From Psammoneis japonica (lineage: Eukaryota): DNA of 64,000 nt. A program made the translations under genes and the position numbers. How positions within the stretch are numbered: the first letter of the stretch is position 1; every line of letters begins with the position of its first letter. A model generated the notes under the pieces. That model saw only the letters and a list, made by a program, of their open reading frames with translations. It was not told the origin of the DNA and searched no databases. The DNA lies in NCBI GenBank assembly GCA_008632985.1, contig QPGO01000245.1, positions 1 through 64,000 of the forward strand, read 5' to 3'. Positions 60,521 through 64,000 of this stretch are shown here, one piece after another.

Positions 60521-60911
60521 TCTAGTAGATCCTGTGCATTGTGAGAGCAATCACCAAAATAAGTGTGATCACCAAATGATTGATTCTGTTGTCGTCGTCG
60601 GACTTCCCCGAGATCATCGGCGGGAGGCAGAAACAGAAGAAACAATGGCGGGGAAAAGAAAAAAGAAAAAAAATGGAGGAAACGGCGAAAGCAGACTCAT
60701 TCGACTAAACAGAATATTTAGTCGTTTTTCGCCATCGCTCATTAGTCCCGTCTTTCAGTACACATCTCACGTGCAGTTCTACGCGAAGCTCTCTCCGACA
60801 TCATGGCATCCTCTGCATCGTCTCTGTTCTCTTTTCTCTCGCCGTCCTCACTCTTGTGGAGATGCAACTATTGATGCAACCGTCAAAGAACAGCTCAGAA
60901 ACGAAACCACA

Positions 60912-61841
60912 ATGTTGCCACTATTAGTCTCGGCCAGCAATATTGCGTCGGCTTCCTTGTATTGGTCTAGTCTTGCCTCGTCGATGGGCAGCGTCTTGTG
61001 GGACCAATCCGTCTCGAATCATTACGTTCGCTCATCATGGAGTGACGCTCTCGACGGGTATGCGTACAACTGCAACGGAATGGTTATTGGATTCTCCTCC
61101 AACACTATATTGTGTCAGAGTACCACAAGTGGTGAAACGTTCACTTGTGGAGACTATGGCTACAAGCAAGACACGCATCGACTATCCGGAAACACGTCAT
61201 CGGGTCCTTTTGTCGCCACCGAGCTGGAGTTGCACGACGACATTTTGGTTTCCTTTGTTGCAGAACAAGTCACGTGCCATATCGTGAGTTTGGACTTTTA
61301 CACCTATTCTCAAGTGGACTACATGGGCTTTCAGTGCCCATCCCAGAACCAAGTGCCAAACGTGTCGCATCAGTTGAATCATTTTAGTTTTGGCCAATCG
61401 GGCGACGTTGCGCTACGATCCCAAGTCAACATTCATGCTACTGCAGACACTGCAGATACGGATGGTCAAGGTGGCAACGTGCACAATGTCATTTCAGATT
61501 CGTACGGAGTTTACAACTTGAATACAGAAACTGGAGTCGTGGAAATGTACTTTGGTCCGCAGCATGGACGACCCACAACGCGGTTGAGTGGTACCATAAA
61601 ACAAGACCCGACGTCACTAGTGGAGCTTAATGTGAAGGAATACAAGCCATCCGGCCCTTGCGTTCATGATGGTATTAGCCCGATGCAGAATTTGAAAGAA
61701 CTGAATCCAATTATTACTGAAACAAACGAGTCCACATTTGCGACCAGTGGTGCAGCGAGCCTATTTGTCACTTGGACTTTGCCTCTACTCGCCACCATGG
61801 GAATTGGAGTGACCTTGATGGTTGTGCAGCTGGTGCATTAA
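60912..61841 (+). CDS. Hypothetical secreted/surface protein with C-terminal hydrophobic (TM or GPI-signal-like) tail
   Basis: The ATG lies in an ACAATG context, the ORF has normal composition, and it ends TSGAASLFVTWTLPLLATMGIGVTLMVVQLVH. Confidence 0.7.
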   Translation: MLPLLVSASNIASASLYWSSLASSMGSVLWDQSVSNHYVRSSWSDALDGYAYNCNGMVIGFSSNTILCQSTTSGETFTCGDYGYKQDTHRLSGNTSSGPFVATELELHDDILVSFVAEQVTCHIVSLDFYTYSQVDYMGFQCPSQNQVPNVSHQLNHFSFGQSGDVALRSQVNIHATADTADTDGQGGNVHNVISDSYGVYNLNTETGVVEMYFGPQHGRPTTRLSGTIKQDPTSLVELNVKEYKPSGPCVHDGISPMQNLKELNPIITETNESTFATSGAASLFVTWTLPLLATMGIGVTLMVVQLVH

Positions 61842-63102
61842 ACCTCTTGACCTATTGCTCCACGACATTTGTTTCTGACGAACCTGGATGGATGCTGGAG
61901 GTGATCACGTTCCGGAATGAACAGCGCATGGCGTAGTTTGACGAAGTCACGGCGACAGTAGACCTATTCAGTCTTCTTCGTGGCAAGCTCTTGACGGGGG
62001 ACAGGTTGGGATGTTTGTGATTGGCTTTCCGAGACGAGCAATGCGACGACTCGATGGTTGACTTTAAGCTAGCAAGGGCAGGAATGAACTGGATGAAATA
62101 ATGGGTCTCACAAAGAGAAGGCCCTACAAGGACATTCAAAGGGACTGCACTGGATCGATTGTTGGGTCTTCAATGCTAATGGGATGATGATTCAAACAAT
62201 GATTCCCGTCACTCTGTGCAGCGCGCCCCGTTGCGGATGAATCTTCGTTCGTTGTCAGCGGCGCTAGTCGGCAAGCGCTTTCGTTCAAGGAGCAACTATA
62301 TTTGTTCTCGCAAGACCCCCATACGCATAAGTTTAAAATAAAATGCACGCCAGTGACACTGTGTGACAATGTCGATTCCCGCATCGAACCTCAAATAATA
62401 TAAGGAGTAGAGTGGGGTTTATTTGGGAAGACACGTAACGTGATTGCAGGTATCAAGAATTGTTACACACGTTGCACTCCCGGTGAAGGTATTACGATTG
62501 TTTGGCCACAATTTCAAACGGCGCTCTACGTGCCGTGACGGAAATTACTCATATTGCTCAAACGGTCCACCAACATCAACATTTGTGTTGACAGCATGAG
62601 CGGCGTTCTTCTTGTTTGCGATGGGTATCCACACCATTGGATCAAGTAATTTTTCCTTGAGCTGCCGCATCATTCTACACCTGCGCGAGAGAATAGACTA
62701 GCGTTTAAACCCTCCCTTTCTATGTGTCTTGATCATACAGATGGACACTAATCGAGGTATTTTCAGTAGCATCACTCATTTCTTGAAAAATTACCAGGGT
62801 ACAGTACTCTCTAACTTGAATATAGTTCTCAACACTTGCTACCGGTATACCGTGCTTTCCGACTAGCTCAACTAGGGATGTTTCACGATAAATCTTGTCC
62901 TATACATTTCCGCTCTAGACTAACTAATAAGATGTATCCCCAAAACGCTAATAAATTAACTAATCAAGATTCTAATATGCCAGTTGCATTCTCTCCCACC
63001 TAGTATCTAACAAGTTGGCGGGTTGAGCTTTGCAAAAAGCCAAAAAAAGGATTCAATCCGCTCGAGCACATGGTCTACTCTTTTCCGCATCTCCAATACC
63101 CA

Positions 63103-63978
63103 TTAGAGACCAGCAGCCTGTCTCTCTTGATAGAATTTTGACATGTCAATTACCCTAGTTCCACCAATCTCCACCGGCACGTCGTGTTTGCCGAGCTCAT
63201 ATAGCTGCAGTTGTCGCAGGAGATGTTCGGGAGTGCCAGTATGGAGCAAGACGCGCTTCTCAAGGCGTTTTCCGAGCAGCATGGTGACGAGCGGCCACAA
63301 GTACTTGACCCACTTGGGCGGATGAACGACATGATAGGCTGAGAGACGAAGGGGAATGGCTCCTTTTAAGGAGCCCGCCAGGCGGAGAAACTTGGGGTCA
63401 TGTTGCTTGCTGAGATTGACCTTGGCAGGATAATTCAGCACAATCATGCCTTTTTTCTGCGTTTGTGGATTTTCAAGAGCAAAATGGGCGAGGTAAAAAA
63501 TGACTCGCAGATAGCTCTCCCGTGTGGTGTCTTGGAGTGAATACTTGTGTAGTTGCTCAAACGCAATGATCCGTCCGTTGCTACCTTGAAAGATATTGAA
63601 CAGACCACTTTCTCGAGCAATTCGATCATCGTCGCTGTCGAGCGTCTCGACTGTCAATGGTTGAAACGCCTTGTCTGGTCCAAACAGTTTGACGCGCACC
63701 TCCCAGTACTTGGCATAGCGAATCGCCGCCAAGGGTGCATTGAATACGTCAGCTCGTAAAAAGATGAGTTTGAACTCCTCCGTCAAGAGTTCTGGACAGC
63801 GTTGCTGAGCTTGCAACAACATCTTTCCGCCATGCTGCAGGCCGTTCGCCGCCGAAACTAGCTTGGCGACTTTTTCGTCAAACTCAGTCAATTTTCTTGC
63901 AATCAGCTGCGGTGTTTCGATCGGGTGTTTCTGACCGTATCGATCCGGAGCCTCGAAAGCGACGTCTTTTGTGACCAT
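63103..63978 (-). CDS. CRAL-TRIO (Sec14-like) lipid-binding domain protein
   Basis: Motifs FKLIFLRADVFNAPLAAIRYAKYW, QKKGMIVL, GAIPLRLSAYHVVHPP, RVLLH and VPVEIGG. Confidence 0.88.
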   Translation of the reverse strand: MVTKDVAFEAPDRYGQKHPIETPQLIARKLTEFDEKVAKLVSAANGLQHGGKMLLQAQQRCPELLTEEFKLIFLRADVFNAPLAAIRYAKYWEVRVKLFGPDKAFQPLTVETLDSDDDRIARESGLFNIFQGSNGRIIAFEQLHKYSLQDTTRESYLRVIFYLAHFALENPQTQKKGMIVLNYPAKVNLSKQHDPKFLRLAGSLKGAIPLRLSAYHVVHPPKWVKYLWPLVTMLLGKRLEKRVLLHTGTPEHLLRQLQLYELGKHDVPVEIGGTRVIDMSKFYQERQAAGL

Positions 63979-64000
63979 GTTGCTGTTACGACCGCGGTCC

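Overview
Eukaryotic nuclear DNA, most likely from a pennate diatom. This is inferred from short GT-AG introns, a diatom-type nitrate reductase Moco module, DUF6824-type proteins and CoDi-like Ty1/Copia relics. Gene-rich blocks of ordinary composition (1-4.7 kb, 19.4-21.6 kb, 32.6-48.2 kb, 57.4-58.8 kb, 60.6-64 kb) alternate with four bounded repeat-rich domains (about 4.7-19.4, 21.7-32.5, 49-57.4 and 58.8-60.5 kb) in which TpA has almost disappeared. The main candidate for an undescribed system is a repeat-directed, strand-symmetric A>G (T>C) hypermutation at 5'-TAY-3'. Tyr codons of recognisable transposon proteins have become Cys/His, tandem copies differ by TA>TG/CA, and surviving TpA in old tracts is almost only YTAR. 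Younger tracts have lost RTAY while keeping CpG, so this is neither 5mC decay nor fungal RIP (it runs opposite to RIP). Other highlights are an endonuclease-less Penelope-like retroelement with hammerhead-ribozyme direct repeats joined at (GA)n microsatellites, a tRNA-Arg(UCG) sitting at a hypermutation boundary, and an intact nitrate-reductase paralog reduced to its Moco/dimerisation module with altered active-site motifs. All composition statements are by eye, not computed, and family calls come from recalled motifs rather than database searches.
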